A stretch of 64,000 nucleotides of DNA from Octopus vulgaris (lineage: Eukaryota). Below the pieces are notes generated by a model. The model searched no databases. It was not told where the DNA came from and saw nothing but the letters and a program-made list of their open reading frames with translations. Position 1 is the first letter of the stretch. Each line of letters opens with the position of its first letter. The stretch is from assembly GCA_951406725.2 (NCBI GenBank), contig OX597817.1, positions 72,168,001 through 72,232,000 on the forward strand. Direction: 5' to 3'. The translations under genes were made by a program, and so were the position numbers. Positions 41,162 to 55,892 of the stretch are shown here, piece by piece.

Positions 41162-41553
41162 ATAGGCATAGTTGTGTGGTAAGAATCTTAGTCCGCAACC
41201 ACATAGTTCCGGGTTCAGTCCTATTCCGTAGTACCTTGAACAACTGTCTTTTACTGGGCAGATCAAAGCTTTCTGAGTGGACTTCGTAGACGGAAACTGA
41301 AAGAAGCCCGGCGTATATATATATATATATATGCCTGTGTGTGTCTTTGTGTCTGTGTTTGTCCTTCACCCACCCATAACCACATGACTACTGGTGTTTG
41401 TGTCTTTACGTCTCTGTGACTTAGTGGTTCGCCAAAAGAGACCGATAGATTGAAAATTATGCTTTAAAAAGTCCTGGGATCGATATGCCTGACTAAAAAC
41501 CTTCGAGGTGATGCTCCAGTATAGCCACAGTCAAATGACTGAAACAAGTAAAA
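41162..41553 (+). mobile_element. CORE-type tRNA SINE (diverged)
   Basis: Head gttgtgtggtaag..gggttcagtcc, internal TA/GT tract, and tail cagtcaaatgactgaaacaagtaaaa. Confidence 0.8.
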
Positions 41554-41570
41554 TAATAAAATAATGTATT

Positions 41571-41611
<41 letters not shown>

Positions 41612-41622
41612 CACACACACAC

Positions 41623-42776
<1,154 letters not shown>

Positions 42777-43246
42777 TCAGTTTTTTAAATACGCTCATCA
42801 CAAACACAAATTAGAGAATAGAAAAATGTCATATCAGTTGGATTACAGCTGTAATTTTGCGCGTGCACACAGCAAGAAATAACATATTTCATACAGTAGT
42901 TTTACCGTCTGTGTGTGTGTGTGTGTGTGTGCCAAAGGAAGTTATTTTATGGCATTCTTTCGTTTGAAGCAGCAAAGTTGTCTACTCTATCATATACGGT
43001 CGATCATATGGGATTATATGATCGTTCGTTAACTTCTGTAATTTATTTTATTTCTTTATGCTTTGAAGACATCAGACATTGAAAGAGAGGAGAAAGTGAA
43101 AAAGTGACATTTGTTTTGAAGTGAGAGCAGAAACTGAAAGAGAGGAAAAAGTGAAAAATGTATGTATGTGTATATAAAATGGACGTGTGTGTGTGTGTGT
43201 GTGTGCATGAGTGTACGGGAGAGAGAGTGAGTGAGTTAGTGTGTGT

Positions 43247-43326
43247 GTGAGTGAGTGAGTGAGTGAGTGCGTGAGTGAGTGAGTGAGTGAGTGAGTGAGT
43301 GAGTGAGTGAGTGAGTGAGTGAGTGA
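43247..43326. repeat. (GAGT)n microsatellite
   Basis: Direct observation. Confidence 0.9.
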
Positions 43327-44156
43327 GGGAGTGAACGTGTGTGTTGTCGTGTATGTATTTTTCGCATGTATGTGTAAGTGGCACTCATTTGCTCTCTCCC
43401 TCTCTCTGTCTCGCATACACGCACACATTATCTTTCATATACATGTACATAAATTATTATGCATACATCGTTTTGTATGTATGTGTATGTGTGCGTGTCC
43501 ATGTGAGACACAGAGTAAATAAATGTATTTCCTCATAGCATATAAAGAAATGGATGTTTTTAATGAAATTTCTTTGGTTGTAGCCTATTTTCATAGAATA
43601 TTTATGTGTACATTTTCATAAATTTTTGTCTGAGTAGAAGGCTACGGATGCGTGAAACATTGGACGAAAGTGAAACATTAGAAGCAAATCGAAATATTGC
43701 CCGAAAATTACCTCAAAATTGGGCGACCCGACCTCGTTTCCGAAGTTATTTTAGTAGTAAGAAGGAATTGTTGTGCCAAAAACATAGTTTATTTAGAAGA
43801 TAGATGATAAACAGCTTTCTTTATTATAGTACAGATGTTACTAATTCGGAAAAACATTACTTTCATTATTCACACATCTTCACTCTCGTATTGCAACACT
43901 TTGTATTTTGGTTCAAATTGAAAGAGTGAAACTATGTTCACCTTCTAATGAAACCTGGTCGTTGTATTTCAAATAAGTGTATTTCAAATAACTACGGCTG
44001 GTTGTTGAGATAAAGTAGAAAAAATCTGCATGAAAATAAAATTTATTTGGTAGCCGAATGATTACTGAATCTTTTGATACCCCATACGTCAAAATCGGCA
44101 ACTCAGTTTTCGAATGCACAAAGAACAGACGCATACACACACAAATACAAACTCGC

Positions 44157-44201
<45 letters not shown>

Positions 44202-44519
44202 CATACATTCCTATCGCAGACTCGTTTTTGTTTCTGCAGTTTCCAATATTCTAACTAATTCATGGACCATAGAATGATTCTCTTAATTCAAGCAAACAGC
44301 CAAATGTGTCTATTGAAGCTCAACGCACCAACAGGAACCAACTTTTCAAAACAACGGACAACTTATTACACATGCAAGAATAATAATCAAGTCACATGGA
44401 ATTTACATAATACTTACAAAAATAAATATTGGGTATGTACACACATGCACGCATACACGCAAGCATACATACATACACACAGATAGACAAACGTATATAT
44501 GCATATATGTGTGTGTGTG

Positions 44520-44557
<38 letters not shown>

Positions 44558-44601
44558 TGTATGCAGGTACGTGTGTGTATGTATGTATATATATATATAT
44601 A

Positions 44602-44847
44602 GTGACGAAAATTTGCCATTTAAATATGGCTAACCCCTAAGGGTGGATGCTACTGTAGTTTGTAGCCCCACGAGGACACCTCCTCCAGCTGGCCATAGAC
44701 ACACTTATAGACACCCTATGAGGTGTCCTCATAGGGCACAGTAATTGTGTATATGGCCAGCTGGAGGAGGTGTCCTCGTGGGGCTACAAACTACAGTAGC
44801 ATCCACCCTTAGGGGTTAGCCATATTTAAATGGCAAATTTACGTCAC
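44602..44847. repeat. 246-bp foldback palindrome (MITE-like)
   Basis: 96-bp arms 44602-44697 and 44752-44847 with one mismatch seen, plus an inner hairpin ccctatgagg-tgt-cctcataggg. Confidence 0.92.
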
Positions 44848-45320
44848 GATGTGTTGTAGCTACTGTTTATAACTCGCTCTGAGATTTATTATTGCTTATA
44901 TATATATATACCAAATTTATAGAAAACATTTTGAATATGCAAATAAAGCTCCTTTTTTCTTATACCGGCCTCGGTCAAATGATGCTGACTGGTGAACCAG
45001 TTTTTCCGAACGCCATAAATCTGAATGCTAAAATACAGAAACAGAACTTTTAGCGATTGTAATACATAAATCAAATTTTGTTAAATTTCATGCTATGATT
45101 CTGAAAGACAACAACTTTTTGAACTGTAAATCAATGTCTATTAAGATACCATGCACTGTATTTTCGGGTTTGCTCTCTATCGGGATTTAAACATTCGTAG
45201 TTAAAGCTCTTTGGGTCTTTGGGTTGTGCTTTGATTGGAATTATAGCCGAAACGCATTGATACACATACAAGTATACATATATGCATTTATGCGCGCGTG
45301 CACCCACATACATGCGCGTT

Positions 45321-45360
<40 letters not shown>

Positions 45361-46092
45361 TACATAGAAATGTGTGTGTGTGTGTGTGTGTGTTTGCGTC
45401 AATTTTCTTGTTTATATTTACACTTGTCTAAAATTGCTATACTTTATATTGAGTTTTGTGTTCCATAACATAGCGGATCAACAAACAGATGTATTAATAA
45501 AATAAGTACCAAACCAAAATAAATACTCAGATAAATATGATCATCTAAATCTTTGATGACAGTGCACCGGTGTGCCCTAAAATACGAAGAATTTTATAAA
45601 ATTCAATCCGTCTATCAGTCCGTTTCGCGCTCTAGTTCACATTTTTGAAATTTTGTATACGTTTATGTTTTTCAAAGAGAAGCTCATATGCCTTTGATTA
45701 CTTTTGGAATTTGTTATTGAAATTTGTACCTCCAATAACGTCAAATAGATATTAAGAACATATGATGATTAGTAAAATAATTAACTTAGTGTAATTATGT
45801 AAAGTAGTAAAGTACTAAATTCTGAGTAATTCAACACTTCTGAAACAACAGAAGATGGTCAGCTATTTTTTAAAAATAATTTATTCAAAATTAGGGAATT
45901 TCTTTTATTGCATTTATTTTCGGTATTCATAAACCGGACTGGCCGAGATACTGCTACTAGTCAGCATTCGTGTTTGCATGTATGAGCGCATACATACATA
46001 CATACATACATACATACATACATACATACATACATACATACACATACATACATACATACATACATACATACATACATACATACATACATACA

Positions 46093-46850
46093 TCAATAGG
46101 TATATTCCAGGATGATAGCCTATTTGTAATGCTGTTTATACTGGCGATAAATACTTTGTCTGCGCTGTTAAACAACTGGTAATGCTACATGCTGGGATAA
46201 GCAGTAATGAATAAAGTTAATGTTACCCATACATTTTTTGTTGATTACCTAAAATTATATTCTGATAATATGACCAACAACCAAGGGAGAATTACAATTA
46301 GTCGCAACGTTCTCAATGCTATCCGTAGGAAGGACTGTCTTAATGTATACATCAGAGGTATATCAGAACAAGCAGGTATTCACACCTTTAAAAAGAAGGA
46401 ATACTGGTGGAACACCACAATAAAAACATCAATTCGGTACAAAAGTAACAGACCTGATATTGTTCTATGGGACAGGGAACAAAAGCCATGTGCCGTTGTA
46501 GAGGTCAGCTGCCCAGCGGATGTGAATGTACAGTCAAGAGTCTGGTAGCGTCTTCCGTGGCGCAGTGAGTGGTAGGTTTTGATACCAAAGTTTGGCACCT
46601 TCTGCTCTATCATTTTCCAAATGTACAGTCAAAGGTCCAGGACAAAAATGAAATCTATGGCGAATTAATGATGAAATTACAGTTATGAATTCTCATTTTA
46701 CCTATCATCGTAGGAGCGTTAGGTTATGTATCAAGAATTTGCACACAGACAAAGAGCAAAAGAAACTGATACGGATTCTCCAAATCCAAGTTATTAACGG
46801 CACGATGAAGATTTGTGAGACATTTCGGAAATTATCCACGTGAGATTCTT
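46093..46850 (+). mobile_element. Internally deleted RLE non-LTR retrotransposon abutting (TACA)n
   Basis: IGIFQDDSL (GIFQGDSL-like), THTFFVDYLKLY, NRPDIVLWDREQKPCAVVEVSCP and PIIVGALG. (TACA)n is at 45990-46092. Confidence 0.8.
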
Positions 46851-47246
46851 ATGTGAATAGATGCACACACTTTGGTGTATGCATCGACAGTTTAGGCTAC
46901 ACACCAACTCAACTACATATTTACAAACACCAGATTTGTTAGCAACCGACTTGAAATCTCTCAGTAAGAACTTAAATTGCACTCATAGAACAAACATGCT
47001 TAAAAGTGTGATGATTATTGGCAAGCCGAATGTCATTATCAACATTTTCTTTGTAAATATTCACAAATATATACTTCACTAAAAAGTATTTTGTAATCTT
47101 TCATTTCAATATTAAATTATTTTATATAAAACTTCACGGAAAATCAAACGTTCATGTATACATATAAATATATATGAATATTTGTGGATATGTATGTATG
47201 CATGCTTATGCGTGTGTGCGTGTGCATGTGTGTGTGTGTGTGTGAG

Positions 47247-47277
<31 letters not shown>

Positions 47278-47770
47278 ATGACGTTTCTTCTATAGATGCA
47301 ATGACACTTCAGATATAAAAACTGCAATGAATATTGAAAACCGATGTTCTAATAATAAATGCCTCCATTTGTATGACAAAAATTTTGAAAGAGAGCACTT
47401 TACATGCGGTGTATACTTCACTTCAAAGATATGATTTTGATTTTTTTTAAATTCCATTCTGTGGCTTAAGTATCAAGAATCGTCTTTGGTATATATACAG
47501 GGACGGGCTAAAGTAGGTATACAGCTCAATTTCGTCGCTGGTCAAATTTCCGGCGATATAACATCTGAAATTAGGAATAATTATTGTCTTATAGAGAGAG
47601 TCAGCTAAAAAGAACAAAGGATAATAGAGTTCTTATCCCGAAAAAGAAACAGAGCGAGTGGTGGGGAAACAACATTCCACTCATATTAATCAACTGTATA
47701 CCTACTTTTCACACCCCTGTATACTCACACGCACAGACACAAACACATATACATGCATATATGTATATAT

Positions 47771-47826
<56 letters not shown>

Positions 47827-49125
47827 GCTTCCTCCGTTAGTTCCAAAGCAACCATCCACCCACTCCCGAAAAATGAAACACTTCTTTCAGATATGATTAT
47901 TTATGTGTTGCTGTATATTGTCATTTTCACTCAGTATTCCTTAACTGGATCCCTATAAATTGCATAAAAACAACTAATAGCAATTTATTTCACTTCAGAC
48001 TTCTGATAGCAAAACATTTTATTATGCAAGAAGATTTCGACAACATTAATCATGTGTTGTTTCTTCCCGATCGATAACTATGAGTGAAATGTGTACTTAA
48101 TGGCTATACATATACATACAAATACATACAAACATATACGTGTGCGAATACATATATTGTACATGATTATATATATATATGCTTATATGTATGTACGTAT
48201 TTATATCGATGAGCATCGTGATGTGTTTCAATGGAACGATATTTTACTATATTTTAAATGGAATCTGCTCTTTTCATAGTTTATATCAAAGTGACAGATA
48301 AGAAAGTCTCGCAGGATATATAAGGATATATAAGAAAATGGAACAAAACATGTAAAACCGATAACTGACATCAGATAATGATTTTTTCAGTTAAAGTAAA
48401 AAGAAAAATTTCTTATGAAGTTTGCGACGACGAAAATATTGTGTAATCTAAGCGTACGAATTGATTTCGTGACTAGATGCTTATTGGGATAGATAAGGTC
48501 GATTGACCTACGCCGCTAAATCGTTAGGAGAAGTATGAGTTATATAGGACAATTTTTTAAATTCTTAGATTCCATAGATTTCTATCTGAAGAAAGCAACT
48601 GGAAGCTGACATTGTACATAATACACAGGACGTTATATTTGCCCTGAAGTGGGTATGCTTATTATAAAAAGATCACGAACATGTGTATGCAATAATTCCA
48701 AAATCTTATATAATATAGCTAAAATTGGCTGAATCTTCATCAAGATTCTTCAGTTACACATCTAATACTGTTTCTATGATATGAATACTTTGTATATGAA
48801 ACCGCAACTCTGGCGGTTATGTTAGGAACGTTTTAGTGAATGAAAGCTTGTTGTGGACTGCTTTGCTCCTTACTCATCTTTAATTTAATTCATTAACTGT
48901 TTCAATCATTGATATAGAACATAGATTCTGACAAAAAGATTTAATCTGGTGCAAAGCGCTCCTGAAACTACACACATTTTAGCATAGGTTGTTTGTTTTT
49001 ACATCTGAGAGTACCAATATTTATCTAAATTATTGTGCTCAGACCTCGCAAATGGAATTGTAGGTTTGCTCCCTAGTTTCAATAATCGATCTAACCAAAA
49101 TTTACTCTTATCTATAAGTTTACTC

Positions 49126-49538
49126 GGATCTTTTCGGTTTGAACGGCAGTTTTTTCTAGCGGTGTCATATGAAATTGTCACCCATAATTATGACCCTAGA
49201 ATCGATCTATTGCATTTCAATCTCTTTTAGGGTTAGGGTTAGGGGTGGGGAAGGGTATCTTTTTTCTTCACAAATGTAAATAAACCCAATCTGTTTCTTA
49301 AACGAGGGACATATTCACACGGTACAGAATGCTTTTTAACTCAATAGACGTCACTGATTGGTTGAAATTACAGAAATTGAAGAAAAAAAAAACAAATATC
49401 TTACAAACTATAGAATTTTCTCAATAAAGCCAAGAGAAAAAGATGTTTTAAAAACACATTCTACCAGTATACGAAGTTTAAAATTTTTTAGTTACCAAGA
49501 AATTATGTTAAAAACTGCCGTTCAAACCGAAAAGATCC
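49126..49538. mobile_element. Merlin-like MITE (GG termini, 8-bp TSD) containing (TTAGGG)3
   Basis: 29-bp perfect TIR ggatcttttcggtttgaacggcagttttt, with flanks gtttactc / gtttacta. Confidence 0.8.
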
Positions 49539-50250
49539 GTTTACTATATCTATATTATTAAATATGAAATCTGTCATAACAAAATCCTGTATGTTTAAGT
49601 CATTTGGTACCAAGAATATTCGAACGGAAATGAACACGATGCTCAAAGAAGACATCATTAAACCAACTCATCCTGGGGAGCACAAGCCCCTGTTGTTAAT
49701 AGCAGTAGCAAAATGAGTTTAGTAATTTATAATCTCAATTTATTAATAAATTCACTTGCTTAGACACCCGCTCACTTGCTGCCCAGATAGTCTACTTAGT
49801 AAACGTAATGTCTTCTTACAAAGTTTTCAGTAATACTGATTGACGTAGCATGTATCTTCGTGGACAACGATTTGAAAGCGCATGCGACTGCTTTCGATGA
49901 TGGTAGTAAGAAACGTTACGAAAAAAATGTAAATTCTTTAACCGTTCTTTTAAATTTGTTATATCATTGAAGTTCTGGTTTAAACTTTCTGATTTCAAAT
50001 TCTGCAATGGTCGATTTTGCCTTTCGTCCTTTCGGTAAAACAAGTACCAATCAAGTACCGGAGTCGATGTAACTGACATCCCCCTTTTCCTCAAGGGTTA
50101 TGTAAATGTCATATAGATATATATTTTTAACTGAATCTCTCTGTTTTCTAAGTTATCAAGTTAAACATAAAGGTTTGCGTCTTACCTCTCCACCTTTAAA
50201 AAAGCCCGTGCTTCCTAGTAAACAAGCTTATCTAATAACAAGGTGTTAAG

Positions 50251-50825
50251 CGGGCAGAAACGTTAGTACGCCGGGCGAAATGCGTAGCCGTATTTCGTCT
50301 GCCGTTACGTTGTGAGTTCAAATTCCGCTGAGGTCGACTTTGCCTTTCATCCTTTCGGGGTCGATAAATTAAGTACCAGTTACGCACTGGGGTCTATGTA
50401 ATAAACTTAATCCGTTTGTCTGTCCGAGGTTTGTCCCCTCTATGTTTAGCTCCTTGTGGGTAATAAAGAAATAGGTATTTCGTCTGCCGCTACGTTCTGA
50501 GTTCAAATTCCGCCGAGGTCGACTTTGCCTTTCATCTTTCGAGGTCGATTAAATAAGTACCAGTTACGCACTGGGGTCGATGTAATCGACTTAATCCGTT
50601 TGTCTATCCTTGTTTGTCCCCTCTATATTTAGCTCCTTGTGGGCAATAGAGAAATAAGAAACGTTAGCACGCCGGGCGAAATGCTTAGCGGTATTTCGTG
50701 TCTTTACATTCTGAGTTCAAATTCTGCCTTTCATTCTTTCGGGGTTGATAAGTTAAGTACCAGTTGCGTACTGGTTCCGATCTAATCCTCCCAAATTTCA
50801 GGCCTTGTGCCAAGAGTAGATAAGA
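50251..50825 (+). mobile_element. Head-to-tail trimer of the Nin/Deu-like SINE
   Basis: The core gagttcaaattc..gcctttcat..aagtaccagtt occurs three times, with joins at agaaata. Confidence 0.85.
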
Positions 50826-51099
50826 ATATTATGGTTCTTCATTTATCACAGATAATAATACTTCTAATCAATGCTCAGTTTCGCCTTCATGGTAATATCT
50901 TACGAACAGTTATTATTAGTCTGCCAATGCTAAAGTAGACAAATGTTTATCGTGGAAAAGATACGTTTGTTGCTACTCTTAACCGAAATAGGAGTCCCCT
51001 AACAGTTAGTCACATTCTGTCGAGGAAAATGATAGCAGACTAAGTCTGTTAAAAAGTGATGCCACTTTCTCTTAAGCAAACTGTTTAACCTTGTAACTG

Positions 51100-53170
51100 A
51101 TGAGAAAAATGCTTTTGAGTTTCATGTCTATTTTGACTTGTAAAACCTTCCGTGCCCGGATTAAGGAGTTAGTACAGAGGGCACTTTGTGTCGCCATCAT
51201 TAATGATAGACGGTGCCACGCCCTCAAGAGAGCCATTCCTTTAGAGTCTATTAGATTTAGCAATCAGCTAAGTTTAGATAGATCTAGAATAGAGAATGAA
51301 TTAGTTAAGAACTTAGACGAGGCCTTGGAATCTGGTTCTGCATCTAGAGTCCTGGCGGCGAGAACGGTCTTGCACTGTCACCTCAACGCCAAGCACGAAG
51401 GCTGCAGAGTTAGAACTAAGCTACGTGCAGTGAGACGAGAAGGTATTAACATTGCCGGATGAGCACGTCGTGTGGAGAGTCAGAGGGGCAAAACAGACGA
51501 ACAGGTGCGCAAGATCTATGGACAGGGTGTGATGCAAAAGGCCTTTCATCAGCATTTCGCCCGGTTGTTAATGCAGAGCGACTCGCTAGAGCGTGGGGAG
51601 TCCCTAAAGGGCTTCCTCCCCGGTGGGCCTCAACTCTTGGCACGGGAGGCGAGGTGCTGTGAAGGGCCGATTACAGCTGCGGAGGTCAAAGAGGCGCTGG
51701 CCGAGTGCGCCGGGGAAAAGTCGCCGGGATCTGGATGGTCTACCCTATGAGTTTTATCGTAGCATGCCGGACTTATTCGGGGACCTGCTGGCCAGCGTCT
51801 ACACAAACTGACAACAAAATAGGGAATTCCCAGCTCTGTGAGTCGGGGAGTGGTGGCGCTGATCCAGGACTCGAGCAAGGGGGATATTATAAGTAATTAC
51901 AGGCCCAAAATTCTACTCAATGTAGAGTTAAAGATTTGGGCCAAGGTGTTAGCCAAAATGTTGACGCATCGTGGAGAAACTTGTAGGGAAGGCGCAGACA
52001 TGCGCCATCCCTGGCAGGACGATCCAGGACAATCTTCACCTTATCCGCTACATCTTAGACAGGGTGGGTAAATTTACCGGCAAAGGTGGGGCACTGGTCC
52101 ATTTAGACCAAAGTAAAGCGTTTGATAGGGTAGACCACCAGTACCGGGTGGTGGTCCTCGAAGCGGTTGGGCTAGGCCCGAACTTCCATGGTTGGATCTC
52201 CGCCATGTACAGCGGCATCAAATCCACCATCGGAGCCGTTTTCGATCAAGCGTTCGGTGCGTCAAGTGTGTCCCTTGTCTTCACTTCTGTACGTGTTGGC
52301 ACTTGAGCCATTGCTGCGGAAGTTGGAGAATTTCGCGGGGCGCCTCCAATGAAATCGGTTGCGTAAGTCAGTCTCTGCTTACGTAGATGACGTCACCATC
52401 ATCGTGTCCAATGAGGCTCAGCTACCTTGTGTATAGGAGGCTATCGGAGGATAAGAGGCGGTGGCAGGGGCAAAAGTTAACAAGGACAAATCCATTTGCT
52501 TGCGCCTCGGCACCTGGAGGAGCAAGTCGATATCGTCCAGTGTCGTGGGTCACTGGACAGATGGTCGTGTTACGTTGCTTGGAGTTTGATTTGAACCAGA
52601 CTCCCAGACGGAGAGGAATTTCAGCGAGGTGACAGACAAGGTGGAGGCCCTAGTCCGGACCTGGTCCGGAAGGTCTCTGTCCCTGAAAGGAGTTGGTACA
52701 AGTGTTTATTGCATCTGCAATCACCTACCGCTTGACCGATGTCTCTTGCCCCGACTCGTGGATTAACAAGGTGGAGCGACTCCTCTTTCGCATATTGCGG
52801 AAGGAAGGAAAGCTACTTCTGAGGCGTTCTGTTTGCTGCCAGGAACCGCTAAAGAGTGGGCTAGGGATGCCCTGGTTGATGATGCGCAGACATGCGTTGA
52901 GGCTAAGGCATCTCTGGCGCTAGCTGGAGGGTAATAAGATGTAGGATCCGCTGGCAGAGGGATTCTTTCCGCGAGCAGCCATCTTGGAGCCATTTAAACC
53001 CGGTTTCATTAAAGGACGTAATCTGACTGAATAGCAAAAGGAGTGTCGACAGGTACTCGTGCTGATCCACAAAACGGGCAAGGCCGGCAGTGGTAATACC
53101 ACTTTGGTTTTGTATAGGGGGCTGGTAGAGTATTAAAACGACGACGCCCTAAGAGGCGATCTGGTGTTCA
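51100..53170 (+). mobile_element. Tx1/L1-clade LINE ORF2 relic (RT region), related to 10900-15033
   Basis: DGLPYEFY, NYRPKILLNVELKIWAK, RTIQDNLHLIR, HLDQSKAFDRVDH, a YVDD-like motif and GLGMP. Many stops. Confidence 0.88.
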
Positions 53171-54293
53171 ATGCGTTAACAAAGAAATGTACATTTAGAA
53201 TAACGCAAGCAGCTAAAAGGGTATTATCGTATTTAATCTTATAGAGAATACCAAGCGATAAATTTTATTTGTTTGTTGAAAAGCTACAACGCTTAAAATT
53301 TTTTATGTGATATTCGAAGCTTCTAGATTCGGGATTACTACATAGAACATGTCAGAATTTCGATTCGTATCCTCTTTGTTGTATAGTTTCATAAATCACA
53401 TATTAACGAAAATAATGTCACAAACAGAAGGTAGCGTTAATGAAATGATTTTTATGAAAAAGGAAAATACAGGTCTGTTGGTGACAATTCGCTTCGAAAT
53501 AATTTATATATTTCACAAGCTTATATGCCACACATTTACTGGAAAGAGAAAAATAATATATTGGAAACTTAATACGTTTATGAATGAATATTTGATATAC
53601 GCATGAAACAAAAAAGATCTTATGTTATTTATTCTTTAATACAAAACTAGACTGGAAACACGGAAGCTTAACACGATAGTGTTTCCCCTATCTTGAAAAT
53701 ATTTATTCATTTTGACTAAGTAAGATTATCCCTGATATTTTAAAAGGATTAGCATAAGAAATAGCTTTGTATTTATGCATTCATAAAAAAGGTTTCTTTG
53801 AACTGAGAGAATCTTACATCACCAAACAGAAACCATTTCGCCAAATCAGCCTGACAAAAGCTCACATCTTTTGAATATATCGATTTCTCCTACTAGCAAA
53901 GTCACAAATTTATGGTGGCAGTGAGGTAGTAGGCTGTTGTTAATTATATCTTCCTCCGCGCATGACTGGTATTAACTGAAATGTCATCATCACAAAAATT
54001 ATTTTTTATATTTTATGGGGGCAAGATATGAATTGAAAAGATACAGGTTGTACATTTTTCAGTCGGTTGTCAGGGCTACGGAATCGACTTTGCTCTCTTC
54101 AAAATATCAGGAGAAAATATCGGCAGTGGTTCTCATATTTCTATTTGCTGAAGTCTTAAGACAGGATTCATTCGATCGAAATGTGATCCTACATAAACAC
54201 AACGGATATCTCTTTGTTGGACTTGCTGAAATGAGGTTTTGTGTATTACATTATGTAATACCATATGAAGACATATGTGATAAGGGAGTATAT

Positions 54294-54427
<134 letters not shown>

Positions 54428-54435
54428 TAAAGAGT

Positions 54436-55110
54436 GAATTTATTCAATAAAATCTCCATTGGCCTCAACCACAGACTACAGACGACTTCGGAATCTCCTA
54501 CAACCTTGTTTAAGTTGGTGAATGCTGCCATAATCCTTGCCTTCAGTTCATCTTTGGTGATACAAGGTATTTTGATGGTCTGTCGCTCAAATTTTCCCCA
54601 CACATAATAATCAACGAGTTGCAGTTTGGGGAGTTAGGAAGCCAGATGTTAGGGGTAATGTGGTCACAAGAATTGTATGACAGCCATGACTGGATTCTCC
54701 AGCTTGTGTGGCATGGTGCAGAGTCTTATTGTCAAACATAGGGTCTTCCAGCAGCCAACCTCCTGAATCAAAGCAGTACTACCTCCTCCAAGCACTTGAT
54801 GTAGGACTCGTGTTAAGTCTGAGGCCGTGTAAGCAGATGAATAGAGGCATAACGTTACCATCACTAATGATCACTCCAAACACCATGCTGTTGACCGGAT
54901 GTTTGATTTTTATCACTCTCGGTACATGTTTTGGGAACATGGCAAGCCAGCGCTTCTGTGTGTTCACCCTCTGATCCTGGCAGAAAGTTTTCTCTCATCT
55001 GAGAAAAACCAAAACATGTTCGGTTGGAGGGGATGCTTGAGTTTGTTCAAAAACTTCGGAGCGCAGTCTTTCCTCTTGTCCTTGATGGCATGGGATGAAA
55101 TTTGACTCTT
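54436..55110 (-). mobile_element. Tc1/mariner (maT/DD37D-like) transposase 3' relic
   Basis: Minus-strand KHPVNSMVFGVIISDG and ITPNIWLPNSPNCN..DYYVWG (WPPNSPDLNPLDY motif). The end abuts (TA)n. Confidence 0.8.
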
Positions 55111-55460
55111 TCTCAGTTTTGGGCAAGTCTAGAACATTTGTTCGAGATGTGGGCAATGGTGTTATCCACTCTATTTCAGATGCGGCACAGCGGAGACACT
55201 TGCTCATTTCTCAGGTTGTCCCACCAGTTCGTGGCAAAAGCTTGGTCTTGCGCTGCCATTAGAGTGCGCTAGGTCTCTTTCTTTCATCAGCCAATCCCAC
55301 ATATTTTTTCCAGCAACTTCTGTTGTGGCTACATGGAATTGATTGCGTAGTCCCTCCTTTGTAATTCTTCTTCGTGTCCTTTTTGTACTTCTTCCTTTGT
55401 TTTCCCGTTTTCCTCTGCTGTCAATACTCCCTCGTTCCTAACTGTTCCTAACTAGCAAGG
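55110..55460 (-). mobile_element. R4/Dong fragment similar to 28480-28840
   Basis: Shares ggattggctgatgaaag, ggcagcgcaa.accaagc and gtgtctccgctgtgccg.atctgaaatagagt with the 28 kb copy. (TTA)n follows at 55493. Confidence 0.8.
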
Positions 55461-55491
55461 TTTCCTAACTGTTCCTATCTAGTAATATTAG

Positions 55492-55580
<89 letters not shown>

Positions 55581-55599
55581 GTTGTTGTTATCGTCGTTG

Positions 55600-55850
55600 T
55601 TTTACACCTCAGAGCACTCAGTCTTGTTTGCTCTGGTAGATTCTGCGAGTTTTTTTCCACACGTTATAAGCTTTGATACTTGGTTGTTAATTACCGTGGA
55701 AGACATCCAACATCTCAGTACCAATATCAAAATTCTAGCTGTACCCAGTAGAGAAATTTTGGGGGCTTGTTCTGCTCTCATGTCAGTTCCGATTTCTCTG
55801 ACATATTTCTCGAACTTGTTAATGTTCCTTGTACTGCATCAGAGCGTTTT
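55600..55850 (-). mobile_element. Short R4/Dong 3'-end fragment
   Basis: Minus-strand LLGTARIL..VL motif, between TTA-rich tracts. Confidence 0.6.
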
Positions 55851-55892
55851 ATTATCGTCATTATAATTATTGCTATTATCATTATTATTATT

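Noticed and set aside
50251-50825. Regularly spaced repeats resembling a CRISPR array
   Set aside because: Eukaryotic context, the units are SINE copies without unique spacers, and there are no cas genes.
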